Source: Candidatus Hermodarchaeota archaeon (lineage in GTDB: Archaea; Asgardarchaeota; Lokiarchaeia; Sigyniarchaeales; SOKP01). Taken from it: a DNA stretch of 64,000 bases. The notes beneath the pieces were generated by a model. That model was given only the letters and a program-made list of their open reading frames with translations. It was not told the origin of the DNA and made no database searches. Shown one piece after another: positions 29,865-39,863 of the stretch. A program made the position numbers and the translations under genes. How positions within the stretch are numbered: position 1 is the stretch's first letter; every line of letters starts with the position of its first letter. The stretch spans positions 22,806-86,805 of the forward strand of contig JBHLLG010000007.1 in NCBI GenBank assembly GCA_048885925.1, given 5' to 3'.

Positions 29865-30196
29865 ATTTGTAGAAGATTAAGATAAACCTAAAGTTATTTT
29901 GTTCAGAACATTAAAGACAATAAAAATATTAAAAAGTTTCGATCTTAAACTTTTATAATAATTTTTGTTTAAAGATAGGAAATCTACATGATTCTCATAG
30001 AACTTAAAAATAAATATTGTGATCTTTCTTTTCTTTATCTAGTAGCATTTTTTGTATATAAAAATAGGGAGTTTCATTTTTTTACTATTTAGAGAGATTT
30101 GCAAATTTGAATTGGGTTTTAATACAATTTCTGTTAGAGAAATTAAATAATTATTTTAAAACTTAGTTTTTCAATTGATTTAAGTTTACTAATTGA

Positions 30197-32182
30197 TTAA
30201 GGTATATATTGAAATTTATTTCCATCTAACTTCATTTCTTGATTAGATAATAACAATTTTATTGATTTAGGAAGATAAGAAATTTTATTACCAATAAGAA
30301 TTAACTTTTCAAGGAAATTCAGCAAACCAATTGAATTTGGAATCTTTTCCAATTGATTATCACTTAAATTAAAGATCCTAAGAGATGTTAATTTACCAAT
30401 GTTTTCAGGCAGAATTTCTAATTTATTATGAGAAACATCTAAAAATTCAAGTGAAGAAAGTGAGCATATTGAATCTGGCAATTTTTGTATTTTATTATTA
30501 TTTAAATTTAAGTATTTAAGCTTAAATAGAGATCCAATAGAATTAGGTAGTTCATCTATTTTATTCCAACCCAATTTCAGAATTTCTAGTGATTCATGCA
30601 AACCTATAAATTCAGGAAGCATTTTAAGCTTATTATCTTCTAAACTTAATATTTTGAGGGATGAGATGGAACTTATTGAGCTAGGAATTTTTTCTAAATT
30701 ATTATTATCTAAGTTAAGATTTTCAAGGGAATAGAGTAATCCAATTGACCGTGGAAGATTCTTTATTTTGTTATAGTTTAAATTTAATGATTTAAGATTT
30801 TTAAGAGCTCCTATCGAGGATGGAATTTTCTGAAAAGTATTTTTGCTAGCATTAAGTTCTTTTAATGATGTAAGACGCCCAATTGATATCGGGAAATCGG
30901 ATATATTATTTGTCTCTAAATTTAAATATTGGAGAGTCGAGAGGTTTCCTATTGAAGAGGGTAATTTGTATAATTTATTATAACTCAAATTTAAAGATTT
31001 TAACGCTTTAAGAGAACAAATAGATTTTGGGATAGTTTTTAAGTTGTTGTTTTTTAAATCCAAATGTTTTAAATGATCGAATGATCCTATTGATTCAGGA
31101 AGATTGCCTAGTCTACATCCTTTTAATATTAAAGAGCAAAGCGATTGGAAATATTTAATAAAATCTGTTATTACTGTTAAAGGTTCGTTTTCAATACAAA
31201 TTGAAATAACTTCTCCCTTCTCTATATTATACTCGACAGAAGGGTATTTCTTTTTGAAAAAAGCCAAAGTTAAATAATTTCTTAGAATGTCTGATAATTT
31301 GGAAACTGAAAAATTTTCGAGTTTTTGATGAAATTTTAATAATTCATTAATTGATGACCTATATTTTGTATCAGATATTTTATCAATTTGAGTTATCAGA
31401 ACATTCTTCGCAGTATTATTATTTAACCTTTCAAGAGCTTCTATTAATGCAATTGCATTTTTAAAGGTGAATTCATTCTTTAGAATCCATTCTACTTTGA
31501 AAAATTCTATTTTCTTTAAATATTTTAAATTTTTTATTCCTATTATATCAGAACACTCTTCTAAAGATTCCCTATCACGCCAATTAATGATTTGATTATC
31601 TACATTTGAAAAATCTAGATCAGTTATAAATCCATTTTCAATTCTATAATTTATTTTCTCAAATTTATTTTTCAATCTATTAATACTTATTAGATTGATG
31701 AGTATTTCTACAAAATTCTCAGAGGAATTTTGTATAACTAAATTTTGAGTAGATAGGGGAATAGTTTCATTAAAGATTTTTTCATTAGATAGTTTTTTTA
31801 TTTCATCCAATAATATCAAGATAATTTTATAATCTCTTATTTCCTCCAAAGATTTAATTATTATAATTAGACATTCATACGAAGATTCATGTTGAAGAGC
31901 CCAAATAAATGGATTTAAGGCTTTTTTGATGAATTTATCTTTTAATACTTGAGCTGCAGAATACCGTAAATTTTGATTTGATTCAGAGATTAATATCTGT
32001 TCTAGAATTTTAAAAATTTTTGAATGTTTAAAATCGATTTTATTTAATGTATCAATACTAATTTTTCTAATTATATCATCATCGACATTTTCAATTAGAG
32101 TAATTAACAAATCTATAGTTTCAATTTTACTTGTCTTTCCATTTATGAAATTTTCATAAATTTTTCTTGGCGTTAACTCCAT
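30197..32182 (-). CDS. Leucine-rich repeat protein with HEAT-like N-terminus
   Basis: About 13 tandem 23-aa LxxLxLxxNxLxxLPxSIG repeats. Confidence 0.9.
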   Translation of the reverse strand: MELTPRKIYENFINGKTSKIETIDLLITLIENVDDDIIRKISIDTLNKIDFKHSKIFKILEQILISESNQNLRYSAAQVLKDKFIKKALNPFIWALQHESSYECLIIIIKSLEEIRDYKIILILLDEIKKLSNEKIFNETIPLSTQNLVIQNSSENFVEILINLISINRLKNKFEKINYRIENGFITDLDFSNVDNQIINWRDRESLEECSDIIGIKNLKYLKKIEFFKVEWILKNEFTFKNAIALIEALERLNNNTAKNVLITQIDKISDTKYRSSINELLKFHQKLENFSVSKLSDILRNYLTLAFFKKKYPSVEYNIEKGEVISICIENEPLTVITDFIKYFQSLCSLILKGCRLGNLPESIGSFDHLKHLDLKNNNLKTIPKSICSLKALKSLNLSYNKLYKLPSSIGNLSTLQYLNLETNNISDFPISIGRLTSLKELNASKNTFQKIPSSIGALKNLKSLNLNYNKIKNLPRSIGLLYSLENLNLDNNNLEKIPSSISSISSLKILSLEDNKLKMLPEFIGLHESLEILKLGWNKIDELPNSIGSLFKLKYLNLNNNKIQKLPDSICSLSSLEFLDVSHNKLEILPENIGKLTSLRIFNLSDNQLEKIPNSIGLLNFLEKLILIGNKISYLPKSIKLLLSNQEMKLDGNKFQYIP

Positions 32183-32356
32183 TTTAAAAAAATTAAGATT
32201 TATTTTAGATTATTTTTTGCTTTATCAAGATCACTTTGAATATTCTTTGATCTCCTCTCCCCAAAAAAGAAAAAATATATTTTTAAATATCATTTACTGC
32301 CAAAAACTGAACATAATCTGATTTGGTATAAATGTAAATTCAACCTTATTAATATC

Positions 32357-32557
32357 TTATCGCATTTCAACATTCAACAGATTAGAATAAACTTCTTTCC
32401 CGTTTTTCTTTGTAATGGAAAATTTTAAATGAGGTGTTCCTGCTAAGAGTAGTCTGAAATATTGATCAATATTTTCTTTTCCTTCAATATCGAAATCAGG
32501 TACTGATATTTTTTCCTCTTGTTCATGTTTATCTTCTACTAATGATACTTCAACCAT
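32357..32557 (-). CDS. Small hypothetical protein
   Basis: 66-aa ORF with ATG start and upstream AAGGT. Confidence 0.5.
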   Translation of the reverse strand: MVEVSLVEDKHEQEEKISVPDFDIEGKENIDQYFRLLLAGTPHLKFSITKKNGKEVYSNLLNVEMR

Positions 32558-33184
32558 ACATTTTCAACCTTTTATTTTAAATTATATTTAAATTTATTAC
32601 CTAGAATTAAGATCGAATGTATTATATATAAATTTATCTGTTTAACGTTAATATAAACAACACAATCGACTCCAGTTTCAATTTGCCACAACATTATATA
32701 CAAAAGTTTAAATTTGAAAATTAAACTAGATGCAAATTATGATTTATGATAATTATTTTTGGAGATATGATCAATCCCCAACATTTTTAAGTCTTTTATA
32801 ATAAATTCCGATCTTTTACATTAAAAAAATATTCCAATTCTTTATAAAATATAGGTTATTAATTAAAAAGGGTAAAATTAGATATTAAAATCAAAGTTTA
32901 AAATTAACACTGTGAATTGATTCGATTTAATTTTTTTAATCTTTGGATACATATTCTAATCACTTTTTAATTAAAAATTAGATTTTATAATTAACTCTTT
33001 TAGTTTGACTGAATATTCCCATAAAAAAGTTTTTCACCCCAAAATGCACAAATGTTAAACTTCTATTATCCTTTCCTCTTGTAATGCTTAGAAATTTTTT
33101 GAAGATTGATTTAGTTCGTATTTCCGTGTTTATATAATTGTTAATTTCTCTAAGTTCCTTTGAATAATAGTTGATTAAATTATT

Positions 33185-33421
33185 TTGCCAACTATTTACC
33201 CAAATAAAGCAAACGCCCCATGTTTAGGATGTTATGGTCCTCCAAGTGGAATAAAAGATCAAGGTATGAAATTCATAAATACGTTAGGATATTTATGCAC
33301 GGATCTTAATTCTGATGAAATTACAATTTTTATTAAAATTCCAGCCTACTTATTTAATAGATTTACACTAGCAAACAGTCTATTGAAACATAAATATTCT
33401 GATAATATCTACGGTACTTAA
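33185..33421 (+). pseudogene. Remnant of a hydrogenase small-subunit (MvhG/VhuG) C-terminus
   Basis: NAPCLGCYGP...DQG.KF...FNRFTLA matches the C-terminus of 12615-13925; the rest of the gene is absent. Confidence 0.65.
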
Positions 33422-33595
33422 TCATCTGATCTTTCTATTTTACATTCATAAAGTTATTTTTTATTTTATGATAAAAGAAAATAGTCTATCTCGTTAAAAC
33501 AACATAAGATTCATCATTTTTAAGTCGATTAAAAAAAGTTTTATATATCCAAACACCTAAATTAAATTAATTTAAAATAATTATTAGAGATTGTT

Positions 33596-34402
33596 ATGGT
33601 ATTCAATCCACTTGGTGAAGGATTGGCTATTTTATGGGATTTTATTGCTTTATTTATCTCGCTTATTTCAGTATTAATGGTAGTACAGCTAAATGCCGTA
33701 ATTCAAAAGAGTGGGAAAGTATCTACAATAGTTACAAGAAAACTGGTACACATATTTGCTGGACCTGTATTTATTTTTACTTGGTTACTTTTTACTGGAA
33801 AAATTTTTAGTCGTTATATTGCCCTAATAGTACCTATATTATTTGTTTTACAATTTATTGCAATAGGAACGGGCAAAATAAAAAATGAAAGTTTTGTTGC
33901 ATCGATGTCCCGAACTGGAGATCCCAAAGAATTACTCGGGGGAACACTATACTATGCGATTATTATGGTATTTATGACAATATTATGGTTTTATGTTCCT
34001 TCAAGTAGTATTGAAAATGGGAATCCAACTGCATTGTTTATCATTGGCTGTCTTTCTGGTGGTGATGGTTTAGCGGATATTATTGGACGAAAATATGGTG
34101 GTGAAAGGAAGTTTGGAATTGGAAGAAGCGAAAAAACTCTTGCCGGTACTTTAGGAATGTTTTGTGGTTCATTTTTAGTAAGCCTAGTTTTAATTCTAAT
34201 CTTTTCTTTGGAGGTTTCGAATCTAAATGTGATTTTGCTTTTAACACCATTATTAATAATCAGTTTAATTGCAACAATAGTGGAAGCATTATCACCAAAG
34301 GGTATTGACAATTGGACGATCTTTATATCAGTAATTGTCGTGATTCTTATAATCTCGATTTTCCTCCCTAAATTTTGGCCATATTCCTTTTTTAGTTTTT
34401 AA
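33596..34402 (+). CDS. Phytol/farnesol/dolichol kinase family membrane protein
   Basis: RKLVHI, GDGLADIIG, KTLAGT, VEALS...IDN. Confidence 0.85.
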   Translation: MVFNPLGEGLAILWDFIALFISLISVLMVVQLNAVIQKSGKVSTIVTRKLVHIFAGPVFIFTWLLFTGKIFSRYIALIVPILFVLQFIAIGTGKIKNESFVASMSRTGDPKELLGGTLYYAIIMVFMTILWFYVPSSSIENGNPTALFIIGCLSGGDGLADIIGRKYGGERKFGIGRSEKTLAGTLGMFCGSFLVSLVLILIFSLEVSNLNVILLLTPLLIISLIATIVEALSPKGIDNWTIFISVIVVILIISIFLPKFWPYSFFSF

Positions 34403-34423
34403 AAATAATCTATAAGTTTTACA

Positions 34424-35239
34424 ATGAACAAAAAGATTATAGTGTTGAAGCTTGGAGGTTCTCTTTTAACAGATAAATCAATTCCCTTTAAATTAAGAGA
34501 TAATATCTTAAACTCAGTAGTAAAAGAAATAAAAGAATGCATTGATTTAGGATTAATTGAAGAACTTGTAGTAATTCATGGTGTTGGTTCTTATGGACAC
34601 CCTCCTGTATTAAAATATAATCTACATAAAGGATTTAAGAGTCCAAGCCAATTAATCCCTCTTTCAGAAACTCAATACATAGTTAATAATTATCGAAATA
34701 TGATAGCTAAATCATTTCTAGATCTTGATATTCCTATTAACCTTATGCATGCTTCTTCAATAATCGTAGGTGAAAGTATGAAAATAACTGACTATTACTT
34801 CAAGGCTTTACGAGGATATTTATCCTTGGGAATGGTGCCACTTATCGGAGGTGATATGATGTATGATAAAAATATGGGATTTAGTGTCTGTGGAGGAGAT
34901 CAATTAGCAGTTATAATTTCACGCGAAATTGGGGCAGAGTATTTAATATTCGCAACTGATGTACTTGGAATATATGATAAAGATCCAAAAGATAATCCTA
35001 ATGCTTTATTACTTAAAGAAATTAATATCAATGAAATTGAACAGCTACTTGAAAGAAAAGAAGTGGTAAATAAAATCGATGCCAGTGGAGGGATGAGAGG
35101 TAAGTTGATTTCTCTTATCTCAGCGAAGGATCTGATTAAAAAAGGACTAAAAGTGTCGGTAATATCTATGATAAAGAGGGATACGCTTAAAAATTACTTA
35201 CAAGAACAAGATATTAATGTAACTAAAATAGTTTTTTGA
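34424..35239 (+). CDS. ipk: Isopentenyl phosphate kinase
   Basis: LKLGGSLLTDK, HGVGSYGH, GGD, DASGGMRGK. Confidence 0.88.
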   Translation: MNKKIIVLKLGGSLLTDKSIPFKLRDNILNSVVKEIKECIDLGLIEELVVIHGVGSYGHPPVLKYNLHKGFKSPSQLIPLSETQYIVNNYRNMIAKSFLDLDIPINLMHASSIIVGESMKITDYYFKALRGYLSLGMVPLIGGDMMYDKNMGFSVCGGDQLAVIISREIGAEYLIFATDVLGIYDKDPKDNPNALLLKEININEIEQLLERKEVVNKIDASGGMRGKLISLISAKDLIKKGLKVSVISMIKRDTLKNYLQEQDINVTKIVF

Positions 35240-35319
35240 TACGTACGAATTTTTATTATGATCAAGTACGGAACAGGTATAAATTTAGATTAAAGGAAAA
35301 ATCTGTTTTTAAAGATTTT

Positions 35320-35640
35320 CTAATTTTTTATTTTTTTAAATAGATGCCGAAATCCCATGATTGGGTGAGTATATATCATGCGAGGACCGGCATATCGCAT
35401 TACTTTTCGCACTTTCTCTCTCATTTTCGGATTATAACAATGAATCGGGCATTTCTCACATGTGGGTTTACTTTCACCAAAATGACAATTATCTAATCTT
35501 TTATTGGCGTATTCGAAGAGTTCTAAACAATCTAAACAAAATTCTCTTTTAGGATCATGAGTATTTTTACAATACATCCTAACCATCGTTTTTATTGTTA
35601 TTCTTTCTTTATCTAAGCGACTTTTTGAAGAGTTCTTCAT
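35320..35640 (-). CDS. YgbA (nitrous-oxide-stimulated promoter) family Cys-rich protein
   Basis: MYC..H...C..C...YA..RL..C..G..KP.C..CPIHCY...MRYAGPRM...HP. Confidence 0.85.
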   Translation of the reverse strand: MKNSSKSRLDKERITIKTMVRMYCKNTHDPKREFCLDCLELFEYANKRLDNCHFGESKPTCEKCPIHCYNPKMREKVRKVMRYAGPRMIYTHPIMGFRHLFKKIKN

Positions 35641-35813
35641 AGAATCAAATGATATAATTGAAAGTTTTATAATAATTTACTTAAAAAAAAATAATTTCAA
35701 TATATTAGAAAAATTAATTTTATTTTAGTCTAATACTTTTAATTTATAAAATTAAGTTTAACTTAAAGTAAAGATTATTTGATAAAACATACTGCATTAT
35801 CATAATAAAGCAT

Positions 35814-36998
35814 ATGGAAAATTTCAATCATAAAACATCAATAATTGAAAGAAAATACTTTTTGTTAGTACTAGCTTTAACATTTATAGTTAATTTTGAT
35901 AGTACTGTTGTTATTCCTATAATATCTATTTATGCAACTAGTTTAGGTGCACCTATCATTCTTGCCTCTTTAATTGTTGGTATCTATTCGATTGTTCATA
36001 TCCCCTCTAATATAATTGCGGGGAGATTTATTGACAGGATTGGAAGAAAAACTTTAATAGGGATTGGAGTAATGTTAGATGGTTTTTCAATTTTTTTGTA
36101 TGCCTTAGCGAAAGAACCATACTTATTACTTTTTGCTAGAATTATCCATGGATTAGGTGGAGGTTTTGGGGGCCCAGGAACAATGGCATATCTCTCAGAC
36201 GTAACACCAAAAGAAAGGAGTGGAAGGGGAATGGCTCTTTATGGGATCTCTTTCGGGATTTCGCTTCTGTTTGGATTTATGATTGGCGGAATGGGAGCAC
36301 AAGCCATTGGATACAACAAATTTTTTATAATTGTTTCAATAGCTTTATTTGCTATGGCAGTCTCATCTTTATTTTTGCCTAAAGTTTATCATCCAGTTAA
36401 AGAAGAATTAAGTTTCAAGGAAGAATTAACAATTTTTAGAGAGATAATTGTTTCAAAGAAGATGATTCCTCCTTATCTAGCAATATTAGCATTAAATTTT
36501 AATTTAGGCATAATCACTGCAACTTATTCTATTTTATTAGAGAATGTTGGTTATAGTCCCGGTCAAATAGGAATAACTTTTAGTGCTTTAGTCTTTCTTT
36601 CAATATTAGTTCACTATCCTTCAGGTTCATTTGGAGATAAAATTGGTCAAAGGAAAATAATGAATGTTGGATTGATATTTGCTTCTGCAGGATTTTTAGT
36701 TTTAATGATATCAACTTCATTTCCTTTTCCTATTTTAGGAATGATTGTCTTTGGGATTGGACATGGTATGATTTTTCCAACTTCAGCGGGGATTATTAAG
36801 AATAATACAGAAGAGAAAAATTATGGGGTTGCTACAGGAACTTTTTATGCTTTAGTCGTTGCGGGAATAGCGATTGGAGCACCAATCTCAGGATTAATAT
36901 TTGACTTATTAGGAGATACAGCTATGTTAGCCATGGGAATAATTGTTCCTATGTCCATAGCGATTATCCTACTTTTAATAACCAAAAGGTCTAATTAA
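35814..36998 (+). CDS. MFS transporter
   Basis: About 12 TM; motif A GRFIDRIGRK. Confidence 0.9.
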   Translation: MENFNHKTSIIERKYFLLVLALTFIVNFDSTVVIPIISIYATSLGAPIILASLIVGIYSIVHIPSNIIAGRFIDRIGRKTLIGIGVMLDGFSIFLYALAKEPYLLLFARIIHGLGGGFGGPGTMAYLSDVTPKERSGRGMALYGISFGISLLFGFMIGGMGAQAIGYNKFFIIVSIALFAMAVSSLFLPKVYHPVKEELSFKEELTIFREIIVSKKMIPPYLAILALNFNLGIITATYSILLENVGYSPGQIGITFSALVFLSILVHYPSGSFGDKIGQRKIMNVGLIFASAGFLVLMISTSFPFPILGMIVFGIGHGMIFPTSAGIIKNNTEEKNYGVATGTFYALVVAGIAIGAPISGLIFDLLGDTAMLAMGIIVPMSIAIILLLITKRSN

Positions 36999-37154
36999 TC
37001 TTCTTAAAATCAATATATCTTTAAATAAATTTCCAATTTTAACAGAATAGTATAATTAATTTTTCAAGAAAATAAAAGCAAAAAAGATAAAAAAAGTAAC
37101 ATTCCAATGGAATGTTTTATTTAGATTTTAATTTAAACCGAATTAGTTAAGAAT

Positions 37155-37898
37155 TTACGATATTGTTCTTGTAAGAATTGAGCGTTGCTTAATTTGGTTG
37201 ATAATAAGACCACTTGTCAACATCAAACTTCCCGTTATTGTTGTGACTATACCACCGATAAATTGAATCTCTATAGTTTCCCAGAAGTTAATTCCATTGA
37301 CTACATGTGCATCAGCTAAGAAACTCGTTCCGAGGAAAGAAACAAACGCTAACCAAAAAAAGAATATTGACATAAACATCAGCTGTTTTGCAATATTCGT
37401 TGCCATCTTACTTCCTAGCCTCTCTCTCGTTATAAAATTTTTGACAGTGTGTCTTGTATAGGGCACAACTAAAATAACTAATAGTATGATTAAAATTAGT
37501 AGGTTTATCAGAGTTCTTCCCCAATGAGGTGAACCAATACCCTCAAAAGGTTCCGTAAAATTCTTCGTATCCGCAATGAGTGCGGGAATTAATCCAAAAA
37601 TAAATCCTACAGCACTAGTAGCTAAAGCTGCCCAATATGTCCATTTTTTACCAGTTAAATACATATAAATAACAAATCCCCAGACAAAACCAAATATCCA
37701 TGTTATAATGTTGCTTGCTTGAAATAAAAGGAGATTATCAGCTACATAACCGAATGCCATACTATATGGCATAACATCATATCCTCCCCATGCTACACAC
37801 GCGGCACCATATGCACTTAAAAGCATAACTGCTCCTGCCATTGCAAAAAAAGCTAACAATATGATACTAATACCAAATTCAAATCTTTTTATTCTCAT
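37155..37898 (-). CDS. Hypothetical membrane protein
   Basis: About 6 TM; SD-like AGGTG upstream. Confidence 0.65.
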   Translation of the reverse strand: MRIKRFEFGISIILLAFFAMAGAVMLLSAYGAACVAWGGYDVMPYSMAFGYVADNLLLFQASNIITWIFGFVWGFVIYMYLTGKKWTYWAALATSAVGFIFGLIPALIADTKNFTEPFEGIGSPHWGRTLINLLILIILLVILVVPYTRHTVKNFITRERLGSKMATNIAKQLMFMSIFFFWLAFVSFLGTSFLADAHVVNGINFWETIEIQFIGGIVTTITGSLMLTSGLIINQIKQRSILTRTIS

Positions 37899-37941
37899 TT
37901 TTTAACACCTTTAATTGTTTATTTTTTTATTCTCTTTTAAT

Positions 37942-38736
37942 TTAATCAGCAAATTCAACTCCTGGAACATCAAATCTCCATCTCTGCACATATAGCCATC
38001 CAATAACAAGAAATACGACCGAAAATAACATTAAGTATGGAAATAGTCCCATTAAAATAAAAGGATCAAGTACATCAGTAATTCTAGGATCAACAACGAG
38101 TATGCGGAAGATACCAGCGAGACCTAATAGTAAACCACCTACTGCGACAAGATAGGCTGCTTTTGTAGTTTCTTTTGTTTTGATTGTAGTATATATTGGA
38201 ACACCTACCATTATGACCATTGATGGAATCACCGAAAACAGAAGCAAAAGTGCGGGTACCCATGTTATTTCAATAGCATCCAATCCTAGTAAATTTAAAA
38301 ATAAAGCTCCTGAGGCATGGGCTACACTTGAGAAGCCTAGGAAGACTCCCATCAGAAAAATGTACACAAAGTATAACTGATGATATTTAAATCTGCCTAA
38401 TAATCTCTTATCTGAGAAAACATCGGATAACATTCCTGTAGCTATTAATCCCGGAATAAAAGAGAATAAAAATGCTACAACAGAATCAAGTAGGAGTCCA
38501 TAACTTCCTGTATTTGCTACCTGATGAAATACTATCCAAGAAGCAATAAATGATAAGCCCCAATACAAATGATGTGGCTTTCTAGTATTTACAAAATCCA
38601 CCAAAAGTAAAAATGCAGCTACAATAGCAATAATTATTGCAATCCAGAGTAAAACATCTGCACTTCGATATTCACCAAGGGATAAAGGATTAGCTGGGCC
38701 ACTAGGGGGTTGAAGTAATCCCATATTTACTATCAC
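37942..38736 (-). CDS. Hypothetical 7-TM membrane protein
   Basis: About 7 hydrophobic segments. Confidence 0.65.
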   Translation of the reverse strand: MIVNMGLLQPPSGPANPLSLGEYRSADVLLWIAIIIAIVAAFLLLVDFVNTRKPHHLYWGLSFIASWIVFHQVANTGSYGLLLDSVVAFLFSFIPGLIATGMLSDVFSDKRLLGRFKYHQLYFVYIFLMGVFLGFSSVAHASGALFLNLLGLDAIEITWVPALLLLFSVIPSMVIMVGVPIYTTIKTKETTKAAYLVAVGGLLLGLAGIFRILVVDPRITDVLDPFILMGLFPYLMLFSVVFLVIGWLYVQRWRFDVPGVEFAD

Positions 38737-38833
38737 ATCTTTTTATATTTTTTTTTTAAAGTAGATTATACTTTGAACTAACCTTTAATTAAAAGTTTAG
38801 TTAAGAGTTATCAACGTAGTTTTCTTTATTAAA

Positions 38834-38924
38834 AATTCACTTTATAAAAATAAGTATTTTATTTATAAAGATCAAAGTAATAATTCACTTTTTAAAAATA
38901 AGTAATTATTTTATAAAGATCAAA
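38834..38924. repeat. Tandem 43-nt direct repeat (39/43 identical, period 48) in a divergent intergenic region
   Basis: AATTCACTTTWTAAAAATAAGTA....TTTATAAAGATCAAA at 38834 and 38882. Confidence 0.7.
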
Positions 38925-39145
38925 AAAAATATCCAATTTAAAATGTAGTTAAACTAAAAATTCTATACGTTAAATTTAGAAATTTCTTTTGAGATCATCT
39001 CGTTTTAAGAAAAGTAGATAATTTTGTCTATGAAATTATATTTAATTTTTTCCTTAGTTATTATCTTTTTAATTTTAAGCAAAATGTATATTAATTAAAG
39101 TGTATTTTTTTTAAAAAATAGAATCTAATATAGGTATGATAAAAA

Positions 39146-39658
39146 ATGCTTAAAAAAAGATTTATTTTTATATTATCTATTTTCTTGATTGTTAGTATCT
39201 CAACAGCTTCTATTGGCGCCAAGGCAACTAGTCCAATGCATTTAGAACTTTCATATGATGAAAATACCGATATCCTTACTGTTTCATTTATCCATGGAGT
39301 AACAGATCCAGATTATCATTATGTTAACTCTGTAACCATTAACGTCAGTGATCATATATTGCATAACTTTACAATTTCAAATTACTACTATACTAGCCAG
39401 CCAACAACAAACCTCTTTACTTATGAATATCCTGGTATTATAGCAAATGAATATGATCGCATAGAAGTAACAGCAAATTGTAATCTTCAAGGAAGCACAC
39501 TAAGAGTTATGGAAGAAGTAGGTCACCCCCATGGTAAGAAAAAAGATAGTTTTGCTTCTGCCCTCATACCATCATTAATTTCTGCTTTGTTTGTATTTGG
39601 AATAATTATGTTACCTCGACTTTTCCAAAAAAGAAGAATCAATAATTATAATTTTTAA
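39146..39658 (+). CDS. Exported, membrane-anchored protein with superoxide-reductase-like metal motif
   Basis: Signal-like N-terminus, HGVTDPDYHYV and ANCNLQG (compare SOR H-x5-HYI and CNLHG), C-terminal TM. Confidence 0.55.
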   Translation: MLKKRFIFILSIFLIVSISTASIGAKATSPMHLELSYDENTDILTVSFIHGVTDPDYHYVNSVTINVSDHILHNFTISNYYYTSQPTTNLFTYEYPGIIANEYDRIEVTANCNLQGSTLRVMEEVGHPHGKKKDSFASALIPSLISALFVFGIIMLPRLFQKRRINNYNF

Positions 39659-39863
39659 AAAAAAATAGATGTCTTTTTTTTACTTTTTCGTAAGACTATT
39701 TATTAATAAAGATTTCTAAAAATCATTTTAAGCCAATATTTTAAAAAAGGGGTCATCCTTTGAATTATAATCATAACTTATATTAATAAAAATAATATAT
39801 TTAAATCAAAAATAATTTCTCGTAATAAAAAATTATTTTAAATAATTAAATGAGGTTTATTAA

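Noticed and set aside
38834-38924. CRISPR array
   Set aside because: Only two AT-rich copies separated by 5 nt, and no cas genes in the window.
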